DNA of 63,651 nt, counting the filler, from Vannella sp. (taxonomy: Eukaryota), in assembly GCA_023345925.1 (NCBI GenBank). It is 8 parts of 8 records of this genome, joined end to end, with 100 filler letters (N's around TTAATTAATTAA, not from the genome) between each part and the next. Parts side by side here need not be neighbours in the genome. Positions count along the whole stretch, not along the records: positions 36,720 to 44,511 come from JAJQQN010000514.1; positions 44,612 to 51,781 come from JAJQQN010000408.1; 6 more parts are not named here. One strand, written 5' to 3'. Under the pieces are notes generated by a model. The model made no database searches. It was given only the letters and a program-made list of their open reading frames with translations, and was not told the origin of the DNA. Numbering within the stretch: the first letter of the stretch is position 1; each line of letters opens with the position of its first letter. Position numbers and translations under genes: made by a program. Below, one piece after another: positions 40,831 to 51,881 of the stretch.

Positions 40831-43800
40831 ATGGCTGGTGCTCGGTTGGAAGCTGTGAAGGAGGCTCAGCGTCTGACAGAGAACATCCGCAACGTTTGTA
40901 TCATTGCTCATGTTGATCATGGTGAGGGGGAGAGGTGGGAAGGGGTGGGAGGTGCTGACAGGGCGAATGCAGGGAAGACTACGCTTTCAGACTCGTTGAT
41001 CGCTGCGAACGGCATCATTTCAGAGCGTCTGGCGGGGGATATCCGCTATCTGGACAATAGAAAGGATGAGCAGGAGCGTCTTATCACTATGAAGTCGTCG
41101 AACATCTCGCTGCTCTTCCGTACCTCTCCTGGTAAGCCATGGCCACTCTGTTTATCGTCCAGCTCACCTTGCCCTCTCTCCAGACCTGCCCCCTTACCTT
41201 GTCAACCTCATTGACTCGCCAGGGCACGTGGACTTTAGCGGTGAAGTCTCCTCAGCAGTGCGCCTCTCTGACGGGGCGATCGTTGTGGTCGACGCCGTTG
41301 AAGGAGTGTGCAATCAAACACACACTGTGTTGCGCCAGGCGTGGGAGGACAAGGTGAAGCCCGTATTGGTGATCAACAAGCTTGATCGGCTCATCACAGA
41401 GCTCCAACTCTCTCCTGAGGAGGCCTATCAGCAGCTCCGTCACACTTTAGAGAGCGTCAACGTGATCATGGCCACTCTCTTCGCAGAGGAGTTCCTCCGC
41501 AATGAGAGAGAAGCCGATCCAAAGGAAGCCGTCCACAGCCAACAGCTCTTGGTGGACGAAGGCATCCTCACAGAAGCCGAAGTCGACGACTCGGAGGTTT
41601 ACTTCTCTCCTGAGCGTGGGAACGTCCTCTTCGCGTGTGCCAAGTACGGATGGGGCTTCCGCATCCAGCACTTTGCCGAAATCTACGCCAAACGGCTCCA
41701 GATGAAGCGGGATGTGCTCGTCAAGTGTTTGTGGGGAGAATACTTTTTCTGTGCCAAGGAGAAAACCATCAAGCGGACCTCGAACGGCGGGAAATACCCT
41801 CGCATGTTCGTCCAATTCATTCTTCAGAACCTTTGGCACGTCTTTAAGGTCGTTCGGGAAGAGCGCTCACGGGAACAGACCGAGAAAGTGTTGAAGGTCC
41901 TCGGCATTAAGATTGCTGACCGCGAGATGCGCTTCTTTGACAGCCCAGCGACCACCTACACGGGCAATTTGGAGATGAAACTGGTCACAGCCATCTGCAA
42001 GCAATGGTTGCCTCTCTCTTCTGCACTCATCCGTTAGTCTCTCCCTTATTTCCCTCTCCAATGACTAACAGAGCCCTCCCTGTCCCCAGATATGTGTTTG
42101 GAGCAGCTTCCTAACCCTCGAGAAGCGCAAGCTCGAAGGATCCCAAAGCTTTACAATAGCCAGTCTATGTCCGTAGAGGGCAGTGAAGATCAGCAACAGC
42201 TCCAATCTCTGTGAGTGAGTCCTCTTGAAAGGAGACAAAGCTGACCAGAAGCAGAGAGAAGAGTCTCTTGGAGTGCCGAACGGATGCGGACGCTCCAGTG
42301 GTTGTCTTCATATCAAAAGTAGTTTCTTCTCCACTATTGCACAACGAAACCTCGGACAGCGGCCCCCGCATCTTCCGGCCTGATGCAAGAAACATTCCCT
42401 CCTCCCCAGAACTTGATGGGAAGGAAGACACTTCAAAGGTCAACCGCTTTATCGGATTTGGTCGAATATTCAGTGGAGTACTCAAGCGAGGGGCAACAAT
42501 CCACGTTCTAGGCCCTCGCTATCATCCTTCCAATCCCGACAAACATATCACTTTGATGAAGGCAGAGGTAGGCTGAGGTCTTCCAAAGTAGTGGCAGTAT
42601 GAGCTGACTGTTCTTAGGAACTTTACGTGATGATGGGGCGAGGGCTAGAGCCTTTAGAGGAGGTTCCTGCGGGCAATATCTTTGGCTTGGCCGGAGTGGA
42701 CGACCACATTTTGAAAACGGCAACTCTCTGCAGCAGTCCAATGTGTATGCCAATGCTATCGGTCCAATTTGTAAGTTCATCCACCCTCTTTCTGAGGTTG
42801 CAACTGACAAGGGAACTTCTCTATCTTAGTCACAGTCTATTGTACGCGTTGCGGTGGAACCCAGAAATCCTGGAGATATGCAGCAGCTGATGGAAGGACT
42901 GAAGAAGCTGAATCAATCAGACGCCTCGGTGGATATCTACATTCAGGAATCCGGAGAACACGTTATCAGTGCTGCTGGCGAAATGCACCTTGAACGCTGC
43001 CTGACTGACTTGCACGACTTTGCTCCCATCAACATGATAGTCTCTCCTCCCATTGTCAGCTTCAAGGAAACAATCACTGAGCCAAGTAGAACTGTTCGAT
43101 GCCAAACTCGCGGAAAGGTCTTTCAAATGACCCTTTCTGCCAGACCCCTGCCCCAAGAGATTGTCAGCTTTCTCGAAAGTCAAGCGGGGCCTATTCGGAG
43201 TGTATGTCACCAAGCGACTCCCTATTCTCTTCCTAACTCTCTCCAGATCTTCCGGAAGAAGCAAAACAAGAACACTTTCCAGTTCACTGAGTTTCAGAAG
43301 AAGCTTGTCGAGACCTTCACCAAAGCTGGCTGGGCCAAGGAGATCGACAAGTAAGAACATTGATTCCTGCAACTCCCTTGAGCCCAACTCCTTTACTAAC
43401 TGGCAAACAGGATATGGAGCTTTGGACCCAAAAGATGCGGCCCCAACATTCTTTTCAATCACTCTTCCATCTCAGAAACCAAATTTTGGCGTTCTGTCTG
43501 CAGCCAAGAAGACGCCATTAAACTCACTCGCTTCCAGACAGGAAGCGATGAGTCTGTCACTACCGAAGCAGAAATTGATTTGGCTAATCACCAGATGAAC
43601 GACGACGAACATTGGAAAATGAGTCTCCTTCAGTCGCTCGACTTTAGTCTCACAAATGGGTTTCAATTGGCTACCAGTGCTGGCCCTCTCTGCGAAGAAC
43701 CTCTGTCCGGTGTGGCTTTCTTCGTGGAGTCTCTAGAAGTTACTCGAGTGCCAGATGAGGAGCTGAACAAGTATGGCCCCTTCAAGGGACAGATAATGCC

Positions 43801-44334
43801 GACTATTTGCCAGGCCCTTCGAGACGCCTTCAACGGCAGCAAACCTCATTTGGTTGAGCCATTCTATAGCTGCCTATTGCAAGTGCCCAGTAAGTGTCCC
43901 TTCCCTCCCTGTCAGCAGCATTTCTCATGGACAATGGTGTAGCACGGTGGTTTGGGGATGCCACTTCTGTTCTGATGAAACGTCGCTCGAAGATAACCAA
44001 CGAACAGTTCCTGGAAGGGACAGACATCTGCCAAATATCCGCTGACTTGCCTGTCGTCGAGTCATTCGGCTTCATTCCCGAGATGATGCAAAAGACTTCC
44101 GGTGCTGCTCGGTCCCAACTGCAATTCAGCCATTGGGCCATCTTGCCACAAGACCCAAGCTGGCAACCCACCACAGAAGAGGAGAAGGAAGAGTTTGGTA
44201 CCAACAGCGAAGCCAAAGGGGACAACATTGCCCGACTTTTAGTTGACGACATTCGGAAGCGAAAAGGCCTCCACGTTGAAGAGAAGCTCGTGGAGCACGC
44301 CGAGAAGCAACGAACTCGCTCGCGCAAAAAGTAA
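40831..44334 (+). CDS. EFL1: Elongation factor-like GTPase 1 (Ria1), multi-exon
   Basis: [73 protein letters not shown] and C-terminal [21 protein letters not shown]. Confidence 0.95.
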
Positions 44335-44511
44335 TAAACTGAGGGCAACCCAAAACCCAAAACTGGCGTTCGACTGAAAGACAGACCTTTCCAAAACAGG
44401 ACTGGTTCATCCTGATTGGCTATTCTGGTTTTTTTCCAGAAACTCGCAGAAAGGAGGTTTCCGCTCGGACTTGCAGTTTCCTCATTCTTTTGGTTCTCTG
44501 GTCTTGACAGG

Positions 44512-44611
44512 NNNNNNNNNNNNNNNNNNNNNNNNNNNNNNNNNNNNNNNNNNNNTTAATTAATTAANNNNNNNNNNNNNNNNNNNNNNNNNNNNNNNNN
44601 NNNNNNNNNNN
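44512..44611. other. Artificial contig linker
   Basis: N44-TTAATTAATTAA-N44. Confidence 0.99.
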
Positions 44612-44737
44612 CTTCTCATGAGGCTCCTGTCTTCTCCAAATAGGCTCTAATCGTTATCACGGTGCATTTATAAGACCCTTTTCTTGTTATCCATACGCCT
44701 GCTGGTCACTCGGGGAAATTCTCGACTTTGGCATTTC

Positions 44738-45838
44738 ATGGCGGAGGGCTTCTCTATCAACGTGGCTCTGGACGAGCTGGAGAGCGCCGCAGCTCTTCAG
44801 CAGGACGGTTGGGAGGAGAACGTTGGGGATGGGGATGGGGATGAGGTGGAGTTGGGAGTGGAAGTGGAAGTGGAGTGCGGTTCCTCTTCATTGGATGTCT
44901 CCCCTATCAGCACCCCGCCAGTGCGCACTATCCGCTCCCTACGGAGGCTCCCTGAGTCGCCATTGTCTGGGCTAGACGATGAAGACGAGGATCTACACCA
45001 AATGAAGACAGAAGCAGCGGACACGAGACAGCTGCGGTCTGACATCCACGCCAAGATGGAGCAGGAGGTACGAGGGGAGACCTCTGTGGTTGTGTTAGCC
45101 GTAGAAGAGCACGAGTTCCTCGGTCTCGTGGAGGAAGTGCCCTTGGAGAAGGCAAAGAAGCAGAGAAGTCAAGGCAAGGCTCGAAAGCGCCTTCCCAAGG
45201 TTGATTTCAGCACCGCTGCGGACGTAGTAAGACTACCACGCATCAATGCATCCTTCTTTGGAGAGGGAGCCTTCACAGAACGACTACCAGAGCAACTGGA
45301 GGGCATTGTAAGCTAGGATTGGCTCGAATGAAGGATTCTGACACTGTTTGCCACGCAGCTCACTGAGGAAGACTATCAAGAGACAATAGGTCGCATCAAT
45401 CAGGTGCTCAATCGCATCCCCACCATGCGTGTGGCCCTTTATTGGCTTCCTTGCGTTGTCCTTGTCTCCATCGTGCTCTTGGGACTTTTCTTTGGATACA
45501 AGAACCCTCCCTTCTTCCCCTTGATGGCAATCTTCAGCATCTGGTGTCTCTGTGTACTCGGAACGCTCGTGGGGTTCGCGTTATACTATGTGGTCAGTCC
45601 CCCTTCAAGCCTTCCGCCTTCAATCGTAGCCTAACACCCATTTCATAGTTCCAGCGAGAGTTTCACATGGCTGTATCGAAGGAGGACGTGCTCCACTTCC
45701 ACAAGGGAGTCCGCTTTGCTCTCCAACTTCACGATCGTCGTGCTGTAAGTGTCCCTCGGCTTCTCATGAGAGCTCAGAAGGCTCACCGACTGTTAGCTTT
45801 TCATTATCATTGAGACAGGAGAGCTTCGAGATGAATAG
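44738..45838 (+). CDS. Membrane protein with an Erf4/Golgin-A7/CHIC-like domain and acidic N-terminus (multi-exon)
   Basis: FTERLPEQLEGI/LTEEDYQETIGRINQVL followed by two TM helices and FHKGVRF. Three short introns are inferred. Confidence 0.6.
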
Positions 45839-46078
45839 AACCTTGTACTTCTAAGACTTCTCTCCCTCTTTGGTTTATCAGGCGAGGGAGCGTGATCTGA
45901 GTTGGTTTGGAGGGTTTAGCAACTAACTATAAGTGAATAACACTAGGAGAGGGTCTGGACAGCGGAGTTCCACTCCCCCTGACGAAGAGAAGGACAAAAT
46001 AGAGAGTTCATTGTTCGCAAGCCTTGATAAAGTACACAGGGATGGTGCAGAGGATCTTCACCCCAAGAAGAGGAGAAA

Positions 46079-46417
46079 CTAGTTGCGCATGCGCTCGTCC
46101 TGCAGCACATGGCCGAACTGCTTGCGAAGGAGCTCAGGATCGTCACTTTGGACGATACCGATCGTGGGAGCCTCCGTCAGGGTCTCCGGCTCGATGTTAA
46201 AGTGGTTGTCACAGTGTGGACAGAACTCATCTTGCTCTTGCCAATCACGCAAGTCCTTACGGAAGACCTTCTTACACTTTTTACATCCAAAAACCAATTC
46301 GAACACGCGCAACAGCGTATGGTTCGCCTTCTCATCATGGCACTGTGTGCAGTCGAACCATGACTTGCAGCAAGGTGCCCGAACAGAGACCTGTGCATTA
46401 GCGATGTGCTTACACAT
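46079..46417 (-). CDS. CHY zinc-finger protein
   Basis: MCKHIANAQVSVRAPCCKSWFDCTQCHDE..H..CKKCKKVFRKD..CPHCDNHF. Confidence 0.9.
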   Translation of the reverse strand: MCKHIANAQVSVRAPCCKSWFDCTQCHDEKANHTLLRVFELVFGCKKCKKVFRKDLRDWQEQDEFCPHCDNHFNIEPETLTEAPTIGIVQSDDPELLRKQFGHVLQDERMRN

Positions 46418-46449
46418 GGAGAGAGAAACAAGGAAATGGAAATCCCTAT

Positions 46450-46485
46450 GGCGGGAAACCGATCACGTGACCCAAATTTCCCGCC
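46450..46485. promoter_or_regulatory. Bidirectional promoter module: E2F-like site / E-box / inverted E2F-like site
   Basis: GGCGGGAAA (46450-46458), TCACGTGAC (46463-46471) and TTTCCCGCC (46477-46485), lying between the divergent CHY and LYAR genes. Confidence 0.6.
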
Positions 46486-46579
46486 TTTTTGTTGGAGCTT
46501 TTTGAGGGAGCTCTAATTGAACGATTTTAGTGCAGATTTTCTGTTGCACCTTCACTTTTCCTTGTTCTCTGTGGGAGGA

Positions 46580-47300
46580 ATGCCCTCGTTTTCGTGTGAT
46601 GGGTGCGAAGGGCTATTAGTCGTGGAGAATCGGGCTGATGGGAGCGGAATAGGTGCAATGGAGTGATTAAGAAGCCAAAGTTGGATGCGCACTCGTGGCA
46701 GTGCCACTACTTTGTTGGGAGCTTCTCCTGTATCGACTGCTCACAGCGATTTCTGTCCCAACCGGAGTGGAAGGCTCACACTCAGTGTATTACGGAAAAG
46801 GAGAAGTACCATGGGGAGTTCCACACTCCAAAGAAGAAGCGCGGGGGCGATCAAAGTGGCTTTGGAGCTCCTCCGCTGAAAAAGCAGAAGATAGAGGCCG
46901 CTACCCCTGCTCCTGAGCCATCTCCATCTGCTAAGAAGAAAGAGAAGACCACTGAAGTAGCAGAAAAGACTGAGGCTGTGGTCGATTGGTCCTCTCTCTT
47001 GCAACAACACCTGAAAGCTGTGCGTCACTCAGTTCTTCTACCGATCGCCTCCCACTGACTGTCTGTTGACCTTCTTAGAGCTCCACAGGCAAACTGAGTG
47101 CAGCCAAGCTTAAGAAAAGGGTGATCAAAGGGCTTCTGGCTGACAAAGAGTCTCTTCAAACCCTTCTCGAGCAAGAACTCGATCGGCAGGTGAGTTTTCC
47201 CTCGTTAGAGGGTGGTAGGAGCCCTTGCTGATGTCCGGAGAAGATCAAAGGCAACAAGCACATCAAGGAAAAGGGTGACAAAGTAAGCTGGAAGGAGTAA
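46580..47300 (+). CDS. LYAR: LYAR-type C2HC zinc-finger nucleolar protein (multi-exon)
   Basis: MPSFSCDG/CNGVIKKPKLDAH..C..FSCIDCSQRF..KAHTQCITEKEKY followed by a Lys-rich tail. Confidence 0.88.
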
Positions 47301-47390
47301 AGGGTGAATACATTGCTTTGACGAGGAATAGGCTTTGACACTGTGTCCTTCAACAAGTGCAAGCTCTCATGGTCAGTGTGTGTGGTCTGA

Positions 47391-48185
47391 TCATGCCACA
47401 GCCACAGGAGCGAGGCGTGTCTTCTTGCTGGGCTTGATGGGAGAGATCTCTGGGTAGATCCGCCGCTTCTGTGGAGCAACTGAAGGGCCTTTGATGTCAC
47501 TCAAGGTGTGCTCGTTGTAGCAGCTGCGGCAAACAGCGACGTACTTGTCAGATCCACCAATAACTTCAACTTGGGTCTCCATTGACAGTCGGTAAGAGAA
47601 GCAGGCATCTCGCTCACAGCAGGACATGCAAACAGCGCTTAGCTTGGTCACTCTCTCAGCGATAGGTACCAGTTGCAGCACGTGTCCAAAGGGCTTCCGT
47701 TGGAATGTCCCATCCAAAGCCGCGACAACGACTATCTTGCCTTCGTCTGACCACTTCTCGCAGTAGTTATAGATGTCAGAGAACTATCATCCATTGTCAG
47801 AAAGAGAGCGATCCTCCAAGGCCCAAAGGATGGGAGCACCTACGAATTGGCCTTCGTCAATCCCAATCACATCGTATTGCTCTGCTTCCTTGACAGCTTC
47901 CTCCAGTTTGGTGCATGGAAGAGCGTCGCAGGTGACCCTGAAACCTGTTGATGAGTCCTAACGAGCATAATCACATGAAAGGGAGACGAACGAGTCATGA
48001 GTAGAAGCCTTATCTTCGCTGTAGCGCGTGTCTGCCTTGTACTTGATAACTAAACACTTTCGCTGAGCGATCTTGTACCTCCTGATACGTCTCATCAACT
48101 CTGTTGTCTTGCCCGAGAACATAGGCCCAAAGATAACTTGTAAACTTCCATTGGAAGCGTCCGAGAGAGTGAAACTGGTGTCCAT
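47391..48185 (-). CDS. TK1: Thymidine kinase, TK1 family (multi-exon)
   Basis: [55 protein letters not shown] and [15 protein letters not shown]. Confidence 0.96.
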
Positions 48186-48259
48186 GTGGGCTACTACACT
48201 ATGATGACCTCGTCAAGCGACATGACAGAGGCAGCCGACGTTGGGGAACGGCCACTTCC

Positions 48260-48297
48260 TTTCCCGCCTTCTAACGGCTCGAAAATGGGCGGGAAAA
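48260..48297. promoter_or_regulatory. Two inverted E2F-like sites upstream of thymidine kinase
   Basis: TTTCCCGCC at 48260-48268 and GGCGGGAAAA at 48288-48297. Confidence 0.65.
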
Positions 48298-48321
48298 TGG
48301 TTTATCAAAGCTTCCAGTGAC

Positions 48322-49455
48322 TTAGATGGACCACTGGGCTATCTCACTTGCGATGCGATCAACTTGGTCCTCTTGAAGGTGGGGATGGTGTCCACCAGAA
48401 GGAGTGACAACACATCGAAGCTTGCGAATGGCAGTGAAACGAGCGGCAAGTTCGTGAGCCGCTCGAACCTTGGAGAGGAAAGGAAGCAGACGGCGTCCGA
48501 GCAATGGCATGCAAGAAGAGAGCCAGACGGCGTAGTACAACCAACGAAATAGAGTTCTCCCGCGGAAGGTCGTGATCATCGTCGGCTTAGCTCCGTAGTG
48601 GCTGAAGAGACCATCCTTAGTTAAGATCAAGAGTACAGGGCACTCGATCCGGGCTAAGAAGCTCTGCAGCACTGGCTCTGTCAGCTTCAAACGGGAGGGA
48701 AGCTTCAGCGCGTCATCAAAGCTCCAAATCACGGGGATGGCGCTCTCTGCTTGGCCTTCTTTTGTTACCGGAGGGTCTTGTGAAGGCTCCAGGCGCCACA
48801 CCTTGAACGAATCAGACTCTGACAGCAAAGTACGAGCCGGAGGAGGCGCCTCTTTCACTGGCACAGTCCCTCTTGAGACCAGGATAGAAGCTGCGAGTCT
48901 GGGTAAAGGTCCAACAACGTTGCCAGCCATTCGACGCTGAGTTGCCTCCTCTGCTGAGGCGTAGATCTTCTTGGGAGGGGGAACAGTCAACATTTGCTTG
49001 AGGGACTTCTCCAGGCCTGATGGCACCGCATAAGAAGGATCTGTTGTAGGCCCTAGACCCTCTAACATCACGAGACGTGTGATCCGTCCCTTCAACGTGC
49101 TCGACAAGACAGAGGCGACACTTTGCCCCAGGGAATGACCCAAAACGCTGAAGTTCTTCCACCCCAGCGCTTCCACGAACAAGAAGGCATCCGCCACGTA
49201 GTCAACCAAGTAGTAAACACCTCCAGGACGGTGAGAGGAGTGCCCATGACCGATCAGATCAACACAAACAAGCTGCGCACCACTTGGCATCCGTTCCAGA
49301 AGCGCAGGTGCTAGCAAGTCGAAGCTACTCGCATTGTCCATCCATCCATGTATGAGAAGCCAAGGTTCTCCCTCCTCAGAGCCCCAACGCTTGGCCGCCA
49401 TCGTCGTTCTCACTCCTGCGCGGTCCACCTCGACCAGAAGCTCTTCAGCCATCAT
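48322..49455 (-). CDS. Alpha/beta hydrolase (SERHL-like)
   Basis: LIHGWMDNASSF, DLIGHGHSSH, nucleophile GHSLG and catalytic GGHHPHL. Confidence 0.92.
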   Translation of the reverse strand: MMAEELLVEVDRAGVRTTMAAKRWGSEEGEPWLLIHGWMDNASSFDLLAPALLERMPSGAQLVCVDLIGHGHSSHRPGGVYYLVDYVADAFLFVEALGWKNFSVLGHSLGQSVASVLSSTLKGRITRLVMLEGLGPTTDPSYAVPSGLEKSLKQMLTVPPPKKIYASAEEATQRRMAGNVVGPLPRLAASILVSRGTVPVKEAPPPARTLLSESDSFKVWRLEPSQDPPVTKEGQAESAIPVIWSFDDALKLPSRLKLTEPVLQSFLARIECPVLLILTKDGLFSHYGAKPTMITTFRGRTLFRWLYYAVWLSSCMPLLGRRLLPFLSKVRAAHELAARFTAIRKLRCVVTPSGGHHPHLQEDQVDRIASEIAQWSI

Positions 49456-49510
49456 CTAAACAACAGGAAATGCCTTACTTTCCCAGCCAGAGCACTTTGT
49501 GAAGGCGTGC

Positions 49511-51532
49511 ATGGCGGTGGCAGCCTGCGCCGCTGCGGTTCAAGCGTTTGTTCGATACACGATGCTTGTTCAAGGGGATCCAGAGCAGTATGCGTTAGCT
49601 GTGGAGGTGTTGCAGAGGATGGAAGAGCATAAAGCGGCGCTGGAAGGCTCTGTGTCGCCCATTCAAGATGCTCCTGACTTCAGCGGGGAGCTGAAGTTCC
49701 CTCGCAAGTCCTTCTTGACGTTGAAGGGCTTGATAAGAGAGAACACTATGGAATCTTACACGAGACAGCCTCACTTGCTCCAGCAGACAGTCGACGAGCT
49801 CATCCGCATCCTCGGAAATGGTAGGGAGTTGCTCTTTGCCGCTTTGGAGTGCTCCCCTTGGTTCGCACACACTCAGAACGACCGGCAGTCGAAAGCTAGA
49901 CACAACTTCTTGTTCTTCGTCTTTCGAGAGAGCTCTACCACGTGCCTGGGCCTAGAGAATCAACATGCTGTCCGTCGGAAGGAACTTTTCGCTGTAGAAG
50001 GCAAGGAGGAGTGGATTGTAGGACGAGAGATCCGTAGCTTTATAGACCTATCTATGAAGAACCACTACCGCTATGTTGCAGCACTCTCACATGAAAGGAA
50101 CGCGATATATTGCACCCCTTCATGGGAGTCTCTTCGTCAACTCACTCAAAACGGGGCTTCCCTCTATCAGACTCGCCAGTTCCTCACGCGCACGATGGGA
50201 CAAGCTATTTCTCTGGTCTCTGAACAGGAGAAGAAGAAGAGGGCAGCCAAGAAAGTGGACAAGAAGAGGAGAAAGTTTGACTTGGAACAGTATCTTCTTA
50301 CTACAGAGGCCCAGCAAGATGTCTTCTTGTTTACAGAGTGTTTTGGTCTCCTATTTGATTGTGGGCGCATCCTTTTGGGGCAGTCCTTGCTGGAACAGGA
50401 AGATTGGGAGATTTTGTCACAAGAACCTCCGCTTCCTTCTCCAGAAAGCGAGCGTTTGACCTCACTTGAATCTTTGGAGCAGGTTTTACAAGGTTTTAGA
50501 GACTCTGTTTGCTACCATCTCCGCCAAACGACGTTCAGTGGGAACGCGGACTCTGACAAAGTCCTTTTTACTTTGACTTTCTCTCTGGCTAGAGTCCTTG
50601 AGAAGGCCCTGTCCATGAGTTCCACTCCATTCTCGAATGCCTCCCCTCCAGGTCTCTTGCAATCACTCCAAGGATGGATGGCAAAGCTGCGACAAGAAAA
50701 GAGTTTGCTGGAATTGACTGAAGCTATCGCAGGAGAGTCTCTCGAAGACTGCCTTGACAAGCCAACGAATGTTTTATTGTCTGAGCTGATGAGTGAGATC
50801 GGAACGCCGCTGAACAGCTTGCAGAAACAGCAAATTCTGTTCTTAATTGAAAACGGGAGTCGAATGTACAATCTCTCTGTGCCTGAGAGTGACCGAGACT
50901 ATATTGCCGTTTATGCCTCGCCTACAGGTTCACTTCTTGGTGCGCTTGAATGGCCTAAAGAGTCTATGGATAATCGGGGGCGCCAATATGAGATTGAGCA
51001 TTGCTGCTACGAAGTGCGGATGTTCTGCGAGTTGCTGCTCAAAGGCAATCCCAGTGTCATTGAGCTTCTCTTTAGTGAGCGCGTTGCGTTCCAGTCTGGT
51101 GCATGGCAAATGCTCGCAAGGAATCGGGAGCGGTTTATATCAGAGAAGGTTGTTAATCAATACGTGGCTTGGATCCGCTTCCATCTCAAATTGATCGAGG
51201 CGAACCGCAATCCTAGCAAGAACTCCAAGTACCTTTACCACACCTTTCACAAACTCTTTGAGTTGCGCCGATTGGTTCACAGGAAACCCATCTCTGTAAT
51301 GGTGAAAGGAGAAGAAAGAGAGTTCATTATGCTCATTCGGGGAGATGCAGAAACCGCATCTCCTATGAACGAGCTATTAGAAAAAGCTAAGATGGATTTG
51401 AAGGGTTTATTAACTGAATTGAGTGAAAGGGACTGGAGATATCCGGAAGGAGGAGATTGGCGATTTCTGCAAAACTGGCTCCTTTCTGTTCGCCGAGCAA
51501 CCTTCTCGCTGGAAGAACTCCACTCGTCTTAA
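49511..51532 (+). CDS. Pol-beta-superfamily nucleotidyltransferase (RlaP/YcgL-like) with an N-terminal degenerate copy
   Basis: C-terminal half: ENGSRMYNLSVPESDRDYIAVY, YEVRMFCELLLKGNPSVIELLF, KYLYH..L and LLSVR. The N-terminal half shows a parallel pattern (LLFAAL..FVF..CLGL..GREIRSFIDL..KN). Single exon. Confidence 0.8.
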   Translation: MAVAACAAAVQAFVRYTMLVQGDPEQYALAVEVLQRMEEHKAALEGSVSPIQDAPDFSGELKFPRKSFLTLKGLIRENTMESYTRQPHLLQQTVDELIRILGNGRELLFAALECSPWFAHTQNDRQSKARHNFLFFVFRESSTTCLGLENQHAVRRKELFAVEGKEEWIVGREIRSFIDLSMKNHYRYVAALSHERNAIYCTPSWESLRQLTQNGASLYQTRQFLTRTMGQAISLVSEQEKKKRAAKKVDKKRRKFDLEQYLLTTEAQQDVFLFTECFGLLFDCGRILLGQSLLEQEDWEILSQEPPLPSPESERLTSLESLEQVLQGFRDSVCYHLRQTTFSGNADSDKVLFTLTFSLARVLEKALSMSSTPFSNASPPGLLQSLQGWMAKLRQEKSLLELTEAIAGESLEDCLDKPTNVLLSELMSEIGTPLNSLQKQQILFLIENGSRMYNLSVPESDRDYIAVYASPTGSLLGALEWPKESMDNRGRQYEIEHCCYEVRMFCELLLKGNPSVIELLFSERVAFQSGAWQMLARNRERFISEKVVNQYVAWIRFHLKLIEANRNPSKNSKYLYHTFHKLFELRRLVHRKPISVMVKGEEREFIMLIRGDAETASPMNELLEKAKMDLKGLLTELSERDWRYPEGGDWRFLQNWLLSVRRATFSLEELHSS

Positions 51533-51781
51533 AGTGAGGACTGTTTGCTTTCCAGCAAGATTGAAGTGAAAAATTACTCTCAATCTTACTTCATAAATAT
51601 CTTTAAGAGATGGTCTGCATTCTTCTGCCAATATGCCCTCTCTTTCTCTCCTAGACATTCTTCCATCCCGTTAAGATTTTCCTTCTCTCTACTTGAGAGG
51701 TGATTATCTCCCTCGCCGGCGATCAATCGCGTCCGGATCTGTGATGTCGAAGACTCAGGTCCGGGGGAAGGAAAATAAATA

Positions 51782-51881
51782 NNNNNNNNNNNNNNNNNNN
51801 NNNNNNNNNNNNNNNNNNNNNNNNNTTAATTAATTAANNNNNNNNNNNNNNNNNNNNNNNNNNNNNNNNNNNNNNNNNNNN
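51782..51881. other. Artificial contig linker
   Basis: N44-TTAATTAATTAA-N44. Confidence 0.99.

Noticed and set aside
40831..44334. Translation elongation factor eEF2
   Set aside because: The [26 protein letters not shown] and C-terminal HAEKQRT motifs are EFL1/Ria1-specific.
13893..45838. DHHC and Erf4-like genes as a linked palmitoylation module; likewise PNKP-like plus RlaP-like as an RNA-repair cluster
   Set aside because: The partners lie on different contigs separated by artificial linkers, so their proximity is meaningless.
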